From positions 1,184,001 to 1,248,000 of the forward strand of contig CAWKDB010000002.1 in the NCBI GenBank assembly GCA_963848295.1: a DNA stretch of 64,000 nucleotides, written 5' to 3'. The translations under genes were made by a program, and so were the position numbers. This DNA comes from an uncultured delta proteobacterium (GTDB lineage: Bacteria > Myxococcota_A > Polyangia > Haliangiales > Haliangiaceae). Shown here piece after piece: positions 49,306-61,598 of this stretch. Every line of letters begins with the position of its first letter. The first letter of the stretch is position 1. Under the pieces are notes generated by a model. It worked only from the letters and a program-made list of their open reading frames with translations. It was not told the origin of the DNA and made no database searches.

Positions 49306-50628
49306 ATGAGGCGATCGCCGCGGTTGCTGTGCTTACTCGCGCTGCTGTCGGCGTGTGTCCAGACGCCGGCCGATGTGGTCGCCAAGATCAAGATCATCCC
49401 CGCCACGCCCGGCGACGACATCGAGCTCTATCTCGGAACCAACGCGCGACCGGGTCACCTGTCCGAGATCGCAGCCGATCAGCTCGCGATCGATCAGGTC
49501 CAAGCGTACGCCGTCGACCAGATCAAGCCGCACCTCGTCCTTCCTGCGGACTACGAGACGTATATCTCGGATTCTGAAGCGACCCTGGGCGCGGTGATCG
49601 CGTTCGAGGACCATGCGACCTACGCCGCCGCTGCCACGATCGACCTGTCCGCCGATCCGGCCCCCACCTACATGCTGCAGCTACAGGCGATCGGTGCGGC
49701 GTCGGGCCTCGACGCCGTCGAGTGGGGGCCGACCGACCCGACGGACGGCGAAGCGTCGAACGAGTGCGCGTACTACAACGGGCCCGATGCAGACGACAAG
49801 CAACTCGAGGTCGCGCTCGTCGTCGATACCGACACCGCGACGACCGTGACACCGTACGTCGACCTCGACTGCGACGGCTACCACGCGTCCACGGACGGCC
49901 AAACGCTCGAATGCAACGACCGCGTCTACGATTCGATGGGTCAGGCCGGCGACGATTCGACGTGCGTCGCGCCCTACCCGGCCGAGAACGACGACTGCCT
50001 CGTCGTCGGGCAGGCGTGCAACGACGGCACGCCGACGCCGACGGGATGCCCGGACACCATCACCGCGCAGAACCTGACGAAGTGGTGCGTTCCGACCGGC
50101 TATTGCGACGATCCGAGCTCCATCGCCAGCTCGCTGGCGGACATGATCGCGAAGCCGTCGATGACCGCCGGCGAGATCTCCTGCGACGTAGAGATCGATC
50201 CCCGTGACGGCCAGCCATGCGCGCCGACCGTCACCGCGACCGGATCTCCCGATCTCGTGCTGTGCGGGGGAATGCAGGCGATCGACGTCGAGATCGGTGC
50301 GGGCGGCCCGCCTTACGGGATGGACGCGATCATGCCGAACACGATGGACGCGACGGTCAGCGTGTCCCAGTCATCGGTCCCGTGCACGCTCGCGTTCTCG
50401 TTTAGCGGCGACTGGTCCGCGTTGGCCGGTGACGTGACCACGACGACGACACTCATGCTCGCCGTCACGCCGAGCGGCTCCGCTCGCGGCTTCGTCCTGC
50501 CGGTCTCGTTCACGACGACCGCGATCCGGATGGGCCAGACCTGCATGGACAGCCCTCCAGCATGCGCGGTGATGCTTCCGACCGCCGCGGCGGACCAGAG
50601 CCTGAGCGCGTGCCTCAACGCGCCGTGA
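49306..50628 (+). CDS. Cys-rich acidic lipoprotein (myxobacterial type)
   Basis: Lipobox LLSAC; DLDCDG motif; many paired Cys. Confidence 0.7.
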   Translation: MRRSPRLLCLLALLSACVQTPADVVAKIKIIPATPGDDIELYLGTNARPGHLSEIAADQLAIDQVQAYAVDQIKPHLVLPADYETYISDSEATLGAVIAFEDHATYAAAATIDLSADPAPTYMLQLQAIGAASGLDAVEWGPTDPTDGEASNECAYYNGPDADDKQLEVALVVDTDTATTVTPYVDLDCDGYHASTDGQTLECNDRVYDSMGQAGDDSTCVAPYPAENDDCLVVGQACNDGTPTPTGCPDTITAQNLTKWCVPTGYCDDPSSIASSLADMIAKPSMTAGEISCDVEIDPRDGQPCAPTVTATGSPDLVLCGGMQAIDVEIGAGGPPYGMDAIMPNTMDATVSVSQSSVPCTLAFSFSGDWSALAGDVTTTTTLMLAVTPSGSARGFVLPVSFTTTAIRMGQTCMDSPPACAVMLPTAAADQSLSACLNAP

Positions 50629-52677
<2,049 letters not shown>

Positions 52678-52738
52678 ACGCAGCTCCGAGCGGCCGGTAT
52701 AGCGCAGAATTTCGGGGTTCGGTGTTAGTGTGAAGACC

Positions 52739-53668
52739 ATGCGCGCAGCGATCGCGGCGGCGACGATCGGCTTGCTCGCGGTGGTCGCCGCGGCGCAGCC
52801 GGCGCCAAAGCTCGCGCGTGCGAAGCAGCTGTACGAAGCCGCGACCCAGGAGATGGCGGACGGCAAGTTCGCCGACGCCGCCCGCGACTACACCGAGGCG
52901 TATCAGCTGTCCCGCGACCCGGTGTTGTTCTACAAGATCGGGGTCGCGAACGAGAAGGCCGGGGACTGCGACGTCGCGTTGATCTATTACGGGCGCTACG
53001 TTCACGACGCGCATCCCAAGCCCGCGTTCGTCGAGCTCGCGAAGGCGAGGATCGCGGCGTGCGGCGGGGATCCGAGGAGCGCGCAGGCGGGAGGCGGAGA
53101 TGAGCCGTCACCGCAGCCGCAACCGTCACCGCAGCCGCAGCCGCAGCCGCCGTCGCAGCCGCAGCCGTCGCCGTCGCCGCAGCCGCAGCCGTCACCGCAG
53201 CCGTCGCAGCAACCGCAACCGCAGCCGTCGCCGCAGCCGCAGCCGTCGCAGCAACAGCCGCCTCCTCCGGTTGCGCCTCTCGCCAGTGAAGACAAGAAGG
53301 CGGCTCCGCCGAAAGCGCACGGGCAGAATGCGGCGTGGCTGATGGTCGGAGGCGCGTTGACGTTCATCACGACCGGATCGGTGCTCGCGTATGCAACGAG
53401 CTCGTCCGAGCAGGATGTCCGCGACCTCTATGTCGGGCTCGGAGGGTTGCCGCCGAGCTACAACGCGACGACGGCGAAGCACTACCAGGATTTGCTCGAC
53501 GAAGGTCATCGCTACGAGGACCTCGCATGGGCGTCGTTCGCGGTCGCCGGGGCATGCGCGATCACGGCCGCGATCCTGTTCAAGACTGGGCCGAGCGAGC
53601 ACACGCTCGCGGTCACGCCGATCGCGGCGCCGCACACCGGTGGGATCGCCGCCGCGATCAAGTTCTGA
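52739..53668 (+). CDS. Exported TPR protein with a Pro/Gln repeat linker and C-terminal membrane segments
   Basis: Signal peptide; AYQLSRDPVLFYKIG TPR; (PSPQPQ)n at ~53105-53260. Confidence 0.75.
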   Translation: MRAAIAAATIGLLAVVAAAQPAPKLARAKQLYEAATQEMADGKFADAARDYTEAYQLSRDPVLFYKIGVANEKAGDCDVALIYYGRYVHDAHPKPAFVELAKARIAACGGDPRSAQAGGGDEPSPQPQPSPQPQPQPPSQPQPSPSPQPQPSPQPSQQPQPQPSPQPQPSQQQPPPPVAPLASEDKKAAPPKAHGQNAAWLMVGGALTFITTGSVLAYATSSSEQDVRDLYVGLGGLPPSYNATTAKHYQDLLDEGHRYEDLAWASFAVAGACAITAAILFKTGPSEHTLAVTPIAAPHTGGIAAAIKF

Positions 53669-53783
53669 GCCGGGCAACCGCTGAACGTCCGGCTGGCGCG
53701 CGGCGATCGCGGCGCGGTGCCTCGCTGGCACGATCCAGGTTTGCCGGCGCTTGAACATCGCGGAGTTGCGAGCGGGCGGGCGT

Positions 53784-53799
53784 TGGCGCGCGGCTTGTT
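53784..53799 (+). promoter_or_regulatory. Putative sigma54 promoter for gspD
   Basis: TGGCGCGCGGCTTGTT (-12 TTGTT variant), 13 nt upstream of ATG 53813. Confidence 0.5.
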
Positions 53800-53812
53800 A
53801 AGCAGCTGCGGA

Positions 53813-56023
53813 ATGACACGAGCTCGTCTGGTCGCGCTGGTTGGAGTGATGGTGGTCGCAACGACGAGGGTCGCGGGCGCCGACACCGTGCCGGGTGAGG
53901 ACGAGGCGCTCTACAAGTGCAAGGACCACGACGCGAAGCAAGAGCTGACGTTCAAGCCGGAGATCGAGCTCAAGGAGCTCGTGACCTGGGTGATGGGCTT
54001 CACGTGCAAGAACTTCGTGTACGAGCCGCGCATCGTCGCGAGCGGGCGCAAGGTGAACTTGATCATCCCGGGCAAGCTGACCGCGCCCGAGGCGTACCGC
54101 GCGTTCCTCGTCGCGTTGTCGACGATGGGGCTCGCGGTCGTCCCGAAGGGCAACCTCGTTCGCATCGTCGAGATGGCCACGATCAAGGGCCAGGCGCTGC
54201 CGATCTACGGCATCAACGCGCCGCCCGACGACGATCAGATCGTGCGCTACGTCCTGCGGCCGCGGTTCGCCGCGCCGGAGTTGTTGCGCCAAGGCCTCGC
54301 GGCGTTGAAGTCCGACGGCGGCGAGGTCCAAGCGATCGGCTCGTTGCTCGTGATCACCGACTACGCGAGCAACGTGGACGCGATGTTGTCGCTCGCGAAG
54401 CTGATCGACGTACCGGGAGGCAGCGACGGCATCTACACGATCCCGGTGCTCCACGCGGATGCGACCAAGCTCGCGAGCGAGGTCACCGGCATCATGGGGT
54501 TGTCGCCGACCGCCGCACCGGCGCCGACCGCGAGGTCGAGCCCCGGTGGGCCGACGCCGGTGGCGACCGACGCGCAGTCGTCACAGCTCACGCCGTCGAA
54601 GCTGATGGTCGATACGCGCACGAATACGCTGATCGTCGCGGGCAGCGAAGCGGCGTACCAACGGGTCAAGGCGCTCGCCGAGCGCCTCGACATCGCGCTC
54701 GAGATCGACGGTGGCGCCACGATCCACGTCTACCAGCTCGGCAGCGCGATCGCCGAGGAGGTGGCGAAGACGCTGAACGAGGCGATCTCGCGCGGCGGCC
54801 CTACGGCGAGCTCGGGGGCCGCCGCCGGCGGAACACCGACCGCGACGAGCATGACCGCGGCGAGAGCCTCGAACGAGACCGGCAACCTCGCGCTGGAGGG
54901 CCAGGCGAAGGTCATCGCCGACGCGAGCAGCAACAAGCTGATCGTGTCCTCGACCGGCCGCGACTTCGTGGCGATCCGCGACGTGATTCGCGAGCTCGAT
55001 CAGCCGCGGCGCCAGGTCTACATCGAGGCGATGATCGTCGAGGTCGATATCACGAAGGATCTCGAGCTCGGCACCGCGATGCACGGCGCGCTGCCCACCC
55101 CCGACGGCAAGTCGCTGCTGCTCGGCGGGCTGCAATCGTCGCAGCTGTCGACGCTGAACCTCGGCACGCTGACCTCGGCGACCGGATTGATCGGCGGTAT
55201 CCTCGGCTCGCAGCTCGGAAACTCGTCGTCGTTTCTCGGGACGAGCGCGACCAGCATCGCGTCGTACGGGGTGATCTTCCAGGCGCTCAACAACACGTCG
55301 AACACGAACATCTTGTCGATGCCGAGCTTCGTCGCGGTCGACAACCAGAAGGCGAAGTTCCAGGTCGGCACGAACATCCCGTACATCCGCGGCACGGTGC
55401 CGGTGTCGGCGGGCAATACCGCGATCACGACGACGAACATCGATCGCAAGGACCTCCTGCTGTCGCTCGAGATCACGCCGCATATCTCGACGAACGACAC
55501 CGTGCTGCTCGAGATCAAGCACGACTCGTCGGATCTCGCGAGCAGCGATGGCACGCTCGGCCCGACCTGGGATCAGCGCACGATCGAGACGCGCACGGTC
55601 GTCAAGGACCAGCAGACGATCGTGATCGGCGGCCTGATGCAGGAGAAAGAGATCGAGGTGGTCACGAAGATCCCGTTGCTCGGTGACATCCCGGTGCTCG
55701 GCCGCGTGTTCTCGTACACGAGCAAGAAGAAGACGAAGTCGAATCTGCTCGTCTTGCTCACCCCGTACATCGTCAAGGATCAGTTCGAGCTCGATGCGAT
55801 CCGCGAGCGCAAGACCCGCGAGCACGACGAGCTCGTGTCGTCGTTCCACGTGCTCGCCGGCATGAAGTACGAACCGAAGATCGACTACCGGCGCAAGCGC
55901 GGCTTGGTCGAGGAGATCAACCGCACGGTCGAGGCGATCGACGACGAGGTCGCGCAGCGCGCCGCGCTCGGCACGGCGAAGACCGTCGACCCCGGCCTCG
56001 TCGATCCGCCTACGGCTCGATGA
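53813..56023 (+). CDS. gspD: Type II secretion secretin GspD (stand-alone)
   Basis: N0 and N-repeat domains; LDQPRRQVYIEAMIVEV, IVIGGL, KIPLLGDIPVLGRVF, NLLVLLTPYI. Confidence 0.92.
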   Translation: MTRARLVALVGVMVVATTRVAGADTVPGEDEALYKCKDHDAKQELTFKPEIELKELVTWVMGFTCKNFVYEPRIVASGRKVNLIIPGKLTAPEAYRAFLVALSTMGLAVVPKGNLVRIVEMATIKGQALPIYGINAPPDDDQIVRYVLRPRFAAPELLRQGLAALKSDGGEVQAIGSLLVITDYASNVDAMLSLAKLIDVPGGSDGIYTIPVLHADATKLASEVTGIMGLSPTAAPAPTARSSPGGPTPVATDAQSSQLTPSKLMVDTRTNTLIVAGSEAAYQRVKALAERLDIALEIDGGATIHVYQLGSAIAEEVAKTLNEAISRGGPTASSGAAAGGTPTATSMTAARASNETGNLALEGQAKVIADASSNKLIVSSTGRDFVAIRDVIRELDQPRRQVYIEAMIVEVDITKDLELGTAMHGALPTPDGKSLLLGGLQSSQLSTLNLGTLTSATGLIGGILGSQLGNSSSFLGTSATSIASYGVIFQALNNTSNTNILSMPSFVAVDNQKAKFQVGTNIPYIRGTVPVSAGNTAITTTNIDRKDLLLSLEITPHISTNDTVLLEIKHDSSDLASSDGTLGPTWDQRTIETRTVVKDQQTIVIGGLMQEKEIEVVTKIPLLGDIPVLGRVFSYTSKKKTKSNLLVLLTPYIVKDQFELDAIRERKTREHDELVSSFHVLAGMKYEPKIDYRRKRGLVEEINRTVEAIDDEVAQRAALGTAKTVDPGLVDPPTAR

Positions 56024-56666
56024 TCAGGCGCAACTCGAACGAGCCGCCCTGCCCGTCCGCCGACGCCGCGTCCGCGCTACCGCCCCAGGGCGTGACGATC
56101 GCGCGCGCTAGCTCGCCGAGCTCGCCGACTCGAGCGATGCCGCCGCCGTTGTCCGCGATCAGGACGACCCCGTAGCGATCCTCGGTCGACACTCGCACGC
56201 TGAGCGAGCTGCCTTGCAGCGCACGCGCCGACGCGGCGCTCGCCGCGACGAGCTCGGCGACGAGCAGCGCGAGCTGGCCCGGCACGCCCCGCGCCGGCCG
56301 CACGTTGCCGAGATCGAACAACAGCTCGATGCCTGCGGACAGGTGGTGACTCGCGAGTCGCAACCCGAGATCGACCGCGGTCGCGAGATCGAACCAGCCC
56401 GCCGGATCGTCGTGCAGGGCGCGATCGAGCTCGTCCAGCCGGCGCGCGAGCTGCGTGGCCTCGAGGTACGCCGCGGCGAGATCCTGACGCAGCGCCTGGA
56501 GCGACCGCCACGGGTACGGGGTCGGGCCGGTCGACGTCGCGACGTGACGCTCGAGGTGATCGACGACGAGCCCGAGACGATCGCGCAACGCGCGCACCGG
56601 ATCCGCGAGCTGGCGCGAGACTTCGACCGCGACACTTCCGGACACGACCGTCCGCGGCTCGGTCAC
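56010..56666 (-). CDS. Degenerate histidine-kinase/HATPase-like protein
   Basis: IADNGGG and GQGGSFELRL (G1 and C-terminal boxes); no recognisable H-box His, N-box or GxGLGL. Confidence 0.6.
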   Translation of the reverse strand: MTEPRTVVSGSVAVEVSRQLADPVRALRDRLGLVVDHLERHVATSTGPTPYPWRSLQALRQDLAAAYLEATQLARRLDELDRALHDDPAGWFDLATAVDLGLRLASHHLSAGIELLFDLGNVRPARGVPGQLALLVAELVAASAASARALQGSSLSVRVSTEDRYGVVLIADNGGGIARVGELGELARAIVTPWGGSADAASADGQGGSFELRLIIEP

Positions 56667-59557
56667 AGGCTCCCCGTCAGCAGCAGCCAGGTCTCGTCGA
56701 TCCCGCCTTTCATCAGGCCGTGGGCATAGCCCAGCTCGAACGTGCCGGGCACGAAGTAGCCAAAGAACGCGTCGAGTCGGAGCGCGCCGCCGACCGAGAC
56801 GCGAAAGTTCTTGCCGGCATCGGCCTCGTCGTCGTACGCGGTCGCGAGATCGGTCTGCAGCGCGAGCTGGACGCGGCGGAAGTAGACCGGCAGCGTCGCG
56901 ATCCCGTGCTCGATCTGAAATAGCTCCTGGCGATACTCGATGTTCGCCATGTCGTATTGGTTTCCGACAATCGCGCGCGACGGATAGCCGTGCAGGTAGC
57001 CGGTCGCGGCCGCGCGCGTCGAGTTGACGATCGCCATCGCGATGTCTTGCGCGGGCACGCCACCCAAGCCGAACCCGCCGGGGTTGTCGAGATCGCCGGC
57101 GCGCAGCGCACCGAGCGCCGAGATCGCGAGCGTCGGCGTCCGGCCCCACAGTCGCTGATAGACATCGAAGCCGTAGCTCAGCGTGATGTCGCGATACGCC
57201 GAGCCGAGCGCCGGATGATCGAGGCGAATCGACGCGCTGACATCGAAGCCGGTGATCGGGCCGGTGCCGAAGATGTTGCCGCGGACGTTCGAGAATCCCG
57301 CGCGCGAGCCGAGGCCGCCGAGCACGTAGTTCGTGCGCGGTGAGGTCGGCAGTCGCTGATTCGGATCGAGCATGATCGGCGGCCCCTCGACGAACCGGAA
57401 CCAGTCGAGGTCGTAGTCGAACGACAGCGACCAGCTCGAGCTCGGCCGTTGCTCGAACGGGATGCCGAACGAGATCGTGCCGGACCAATCTTCCTCGTGA
57501 AACGGCATGCTCACGCCATCGATCTTCAAGCCGGTACGCTCGGTGAGCGTGCGCGCGCCCGAGACGCGGAACGTCGGTCGCCAGCCGGTGTAACCGTAGG
57601 AAGCGCCGACGTCGGTGTCGCCGCGCTGCGTGTCGATGCCGACCGCGAGCGAATAGTTGTGGAGGCCGACCGCATCTGCGCCCGAGGTCTGGATCGATGC
57701 GGTGTTCGAGCCGACGTCGTACGAGCCACTCCAGGTCGGCGGCGCGAGGGTCTCGAGCGCGCGATACGGCCGAGGCTTCGTCACGGGCGATTCGTCGTCG
57801 CGGATCTCGAGCGCGGTGGGCTTCGCATCGACGTAGTCGCGCGCCGGCAACCACGTCGTTCGGTCGATCGGCACCTGATAGAGGTCGTAGCCACCGTTCG
57901 GTACGGCGGCTTCGTACGCGAGTCGCTTGTCGTCGACGGAGATCGCGCAGCGAAACGCGCCGCCGAGCACGTTCGTGACTTGCCACATCGAGTGGTCGCG
58001 AAAGTCATACGCGTAGATGTTCGCGATGCCGGTGCGATCGCTGTCGAAGTACAACGTGTGGCCATCGTGCGACCATGCGGGCGACATCTCGATCGCGCGA
58101 TCGTGCGTGATCTCCTCGACGTGCCCCGACGCGACCTCGACGACCAAGATGTCGTGCAGCCCGCCGTTGCGCCACGCTGCGAATGCGATGCGCGTACCGT
58201 CCGGTGACCACGCCGGCTGATATGCCTGATCGTAACGCTGGCCGCGCCACACGACCGACGCCGGCGCGCCCGGTTCGACGTCCATCACCGCGATCACGCT
58301 CTCGCCGCGCTCGTTCTTCGAGAACGCGACGCGCCGGCCATCCGGCGACAGCGCGGGATCGCGCGCGCGCATACCGGTCGTGAGCCGGACCGTTTGATTC
58401 GTCGGAGCGTCCCACCGAAACAGATCCTGGAACGAGTAGTCGCGGCGATACACGCGACCTTGTTCGTAGACGATCGAGCCATCGGGCTCGAGATCGTATT
58501 TGCCCATCGCGTCGAGCTGGATGACCTCGCGCGAGCCTTTCTGATCGCCGTCGATCGGCATCGCGCGGACCTGAGCGAGCGAGTAGCCGTCGTATTGCTG
58601 CCAGTAGATCTCGCGACCGTCGGCGGAGTAGCGCGGCACTGCGTTGGTCTCGGCCGTGTGGGTCAGTGGCCGCCCGGTGATCAGGCCGCGCCGCTCCGAC
58701 GCCATCTCCTGCATCCCGTACTTGTCGCGCAGGAACAGCTTCCAGTCGTCGTAGAGCTCGGTGAACGGCTTTCCGACGACCTTGGCGATCTGGCGATTGA
58801 CCGCGAACGGCGGTGCGTACGAACCCGAGACGTGCGCCATCTTGCGCAGCGTGTCGTCGCCGAACCGATCGAACACGTAGCCGAGGAAGTGCGAGCCATA
58901 CACGTACGCCGCATTGCCACGCGGGTACTGGCGCGGATCGCCGGAGACTTCGTCGAGCCGCAGATCCTTGTTCGCGTGCCGCGCGATGCGAATCACGCCG
59001 TCGAACATCGTGCCGCGAATGCGCCCGCCGGCCGAGCGCTTCGATTCCTCGTAGACCGCGATGCCTTCGATCAGCCAGCGCGGCATGATCTGGTTCGGCG
59101 CCCAGGTCTTGCCGAAGATGCCGTTGTAGATCTTGGGCAGCCCCGACATCGTGTCGAGGTGGAGGATGTGCGTGTACTCGTGCGCGACGAGGCCGTAGTA
59201 CCAATCCTCGTGATCGTCGAGCTCGGTGAAGCCGGTCGGCCCGGTCGCGTACAGCTGGATCGCGTTGCGCGGTAATACGCCCGCGAAACCGTTCGCCGCG
59301 TCGGTGTCGTCGTTGATGACGATGATCGTCTTCGTGTCGGGCAGGTGATCGATCGCGGTCGACAACGTGCGATGCGCGCGCTCGGCGACGATGCCGACCC
59401 GCCTCGCGATGTCGTCGTTCGGCGCCCAGTAGTAGATGACGAAGTGCTCGGTCTCGACCGTGCGGTAGGCCCGCGTCGGATCGCCGGCCGATGCGACGCG
59501 AGAGGCGGCGAGGGCGATCGCGAGGCCGATCGCCACTCCCACGCCGGCGCGTGTCAC
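56663..59557 (-). CDS. Exported gluzincin-like domain plus TolB-type beta-propeller plus C-terminal outer-membrane beta-barrel (BamA/TamA-like)
   Basis: VAHEYTH...WLIEGIAVYEES; PD40-like repeats (PAWSPDG, SPAWSHDG); amphipathic beta C-terminus. Confidence 0.75.
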   Translation of the reverse strand: MTRAGVGVAIGLAIALAASRVASAGDPTRAYRTVETEHFVIYYWAPNDDIARRVGIVAERAHRTLSTAIDHLPDTKTIIVINDDTDAANGFAGVLPRNAIQLYATGPTGFTELDDHEDWYYGLVAHEYTHILHLDTMSGLPKIYNGIFGKTWAPNQIMPRWLIEGIAVYEESKRSAGGRIRGTMFDGVIRIARHANKDLRLDEVSGDPRQYPRGNAAYVYGSHFLGYVFDRFGDDTLRKMAHVSGSYAPPFAVNRQIAKVVGKPFTELYDDWKLFLRDKYGMQEMASERRGLITGRPLTHTAETNAVPRYSADGREIYWQQYDGYSLAQVRAMPIDGDQKGSREVIQLDAMGKYDLEPDGSIVYEQGRVYRRDYSFQDLFRWDAPTNQTVRLTTGMRARDPALSPDGRRVAFSKNERGESVIAVMDVEPGAPASVVWRGQRYDQAYQPAWSPDGTRIAFAAWRNGGLHDILVVEVASGHVEEITHDRAIEMSPAWSHDGHTLYFDSDRTGIANIYAYDFRDHSMWQVTNVLGGAFRCAISVDDKRLAYEAAVPNGGYDLYQVPIDRTTWLPARDYVDAKPTALEIRDDESPVTKPRPYRALETLAPPTWSGSYDVGSNTASIQTSGADAVGLHNYSLAVGIDTQRGDTDVGASYGYTGWRPTFRVSGARTLTERTGLKIDGVSMPFHEEDWSGTISFGIPFEQRPSSSWSLSFDYDLDWFRFVEGPPIMLDPNQRLPTSPRTNYVLGGLGSRAGFSNVRGNIFGTGPITGFDVSASIRLDHPALGSAYRDITLSYGFDVYQRLWGRTPTLAISALGALRAGDLDNPGGFGLGGVPAQDIAMAIVNSTRAAATGYLHGYPSRAIVGNQYDMANIEYRQELFQIEHGIATLPVYFRRVQLALQTDLATAYDDEADAGKNFRVSVGGALRLDAFFGYFVPGTFELGYAHGLMKGGIDETWLLLTGSL

Positions 59558-61323
59558 CCCTGCCCCCGCTTGGCTTGATGCGCGAACATGTACGCGGCGA
59601 CCACCGAGCGAATCTCCTCGGCGGTCGCCACATCGCGCACCCGGGCGACGAGTGCCGTCGCCCCCTCGAGATCGATCGCGCGAATCGTCGCCTTGACCTC
59701 CGGCACCGACACCGCGCTCATCGACAGCTCACGAATTCCGAGCCCGATCAGGATCGGCGCGAGCATCGGCTCGCCCGCCATCTCGCCGCACACCGTGACC
59801 GGAATGTTCGCAGCGCCGGCCGCCTTCACGACGTCGCCGATCAACCGGATCAGTGCCGGGTGCAACGGCTCGTACAGGTACGAGACGTACTCGTTCACGC
59901 GATCGACCGCCATCGTGTACTGGATCAGGTCGTTCGTGCCGATCGAGAAGAAATCGGCCTCCCGCGCGAGCAGATCGGCGACGAGCGCCGCCGAGGGCAT
60001 CTCGATCATGATGCCGAGCTTGACCGCCTCGTCGAACGCGATGCCTTCGCTGCGCAGCTCCGCCTTGACCTGATCGACGATCACCTTGACCGCACGGAGC
60101 TCCGAGACGCCCGAGATCATCGGGAACATCAGCTTGAGCGGGCCATGCGCCGACGCGCGCAACAAGCCGCGCAGCTGCGCGTGGAACAGGTCGCGACCGA
60201 GCGGCGAAAGGCACAGCCGGATCGACCGCAGCCCGAGCGCCGGGTTCGCTTCGTCGAGCTCGGCGTCCTGCATGAAGCCGGCGAGCTTGTCGGCGCCGAG
60301 GTCGAACGTCCGGATCGTCGCGGGCCGGCCCTCGAGCCGGTCGAGCACTGCGACCGCGGTCTCGTAGTGCTGCTGCTCGTCGGGCATCGCGCTGCCGGCC
60401 ATGAACAGGTACTCGCTGCGAAATAGGCCGACGCCCATCGCGCCGTACTCGATCGCGTCTTCGAGCTCCTCGGGGCCGTCGATGTTCGCGTAGAGCTGGA
60501 CGTCGGCGCCATCGCTCGTGCGCGCCGGGAGATCGCGCATCGCCGACAGCTGGGCCCCGGCGGCGACTTGTCGCCGCTGCTCGTCGCGGAACTCGGCGAC
60601 GGTCGCCGCCGACGGGTTGACGATCACGACGCCGGACGCGCCGTCGATCAGCACGAGGTCATCGGTCTCGACGAGCTCGGTGATGTTCTCGAGCGCGACG
60701 ACCGCGGGAATCTCGTGCGCGCGCGCGATGATCGCGGTGTGCGACGTCTTGCCGCCCGCGTCGGTGATCAGGCCCGCGACCGCGGCGCGGTGCAGCGTGG
60801 CGGTGTCGGCCGGCGACAGGTCATACGCGACGACGATCGCATCCGGCGGCGGGTTGAGCGGACCGGTGTCTCGGCCGAGGAGATTGCGCAGCACGCGCTG
60901 GAACACGAACTCGACGTCGCTCTTGCGCTCGCGCAGGTACGGATCGTCGATCGTGTCGAACACGGCGCGGATATTATCGACCGCACGGCGCAGCCCCCAC
61001 TCCGCGCAGATCTTCTCTTCGCGGACGTACTCGATCGCGGCGCCGACGAGGTGCTCGTCGTGCAGCATCATCTGGTGCGCGCTGATGATGTGGTAGTCGC
61101 TCTCGTTCTCGGAAGCGAGCTTCTGCTTGATCTTGTCGAGTTGCTTGTCGCTCGCCGCGATCGCCTTGTGCATGCGCGCGAGCTCGGCATCGACGTCGTC
61201 GGCTTCGATGTGATGGCGCGGCGCCTTGAGCGTGTCCCGGCCGATCAGATAGGCGCGACCGAATGCGATGCCCGCCGACACGCCCAAGCCCGAGCGCCGG
61301 ACCTCGGGGCGTGCTTCACTCAT
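59554..61323 (-). CDS. ptsI: PEP-protein phosphotransferase (Enzyme I)
   Basis: GGKTSHTAI, GVGLFRSE, EANPALGLRSIR, SIGTNDLIQY, VCGEMAG. Confidence 0.95.
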   Translation of the reverse strand: MSEARPEVRRSGLGVSAGIAFGRAYLIGRDTLKAPRHHIEADDVDAELARMHKAIAASDKQLDKIKQKLASENESDYHIISAHQMMLHDEHLVGAAIEYVREEKICAEWGLRRAVDNIRAVFDTIDDPYLRERKSDVEFVFQRVLRNLLGRDTGPLNPPPDAIVVAYDLSPADTATLHRAAVAGLITDAGGKTSHTAIIARAHEIPAVVALENITELVETDDLVLIDGASGVVIVNPSAATVAEFRDEQRRQVAAGAQLSAMRDLPARTSDGADVQLYANIDGPEELEDAIEYGAMGVGLFRSEYLFMAGSAMPDEQQHYETAVAVLDRLEGRPATIRTFDLGADKLAGFMQDAELDEANPALGLRSIRLCLSPLGRDLFHAQLRGLLRASAHGPLKLMFPMISGVSELRAVKVIVDQVKAELRSEGIAFDEAVKLGIMIEMPSAALVADLLAREADFFSIGTNDLIQYTMAVDRVNEYVSYLYEPLHPALIRLIGDVVKAAGAANIPVTVCGEMAGEPMLAPILIGLGIRELSMSAVSVPEVKATIRAIDLEGATALVARVRDVATAEEIRSVVAAYMFAHQAKRGQG

Positions 61324-61598
61324 CGGCCCTCGCCGAACTTGTCTTGGATCAGCGCGACGATCGCCGCGACGGCTTCGGCGGCGCGCTCGCCCTTGGCGCG
61401 AACCGTCACGGTCGAGCCCTTGCTCGCGACCAGCATGAGCACGCCCATGATGCTCTTGCCGTTGACCTCGTGACCGTCTTTCGAGACCACGACCTCGCAC
61501 GGGAACTTCGACGCGGCTTGGACGAGCTTGGTCGCCGCCCGGGCGTGCAAGCCGAGCTCGTTGATGATCTGCAGTGTCTGCTCCGCGACGTCGGCCAT
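61320..61598 (-). CDS. ptsH: Phosphocarrier HPr/NPr
   Basis: GLHARAA (His15) and NGKSIMGV (Ser46). Confidence 0.95.
   Translation of the reverse strand: MADVAEQTLQIINELGLHARAATKLVQAASKFPCEVVVSKDGHEVNGKSIMGVLMLVASKGSTVTVRAKGERAAEAVAAIVALIQDKFGEGR

Noticed and set aside
48307..50628. Restriction-modification or defence island
   Set aside because: The methylase neighbours are a small hypothetical protein and a lipoprotein with no nuclease motifs
53105..53260. DNA repeat element (GCAGCC-rich tandem)
   Set aside because: Explained as the coding Pro/Gln/Ser linker of the TPR protein
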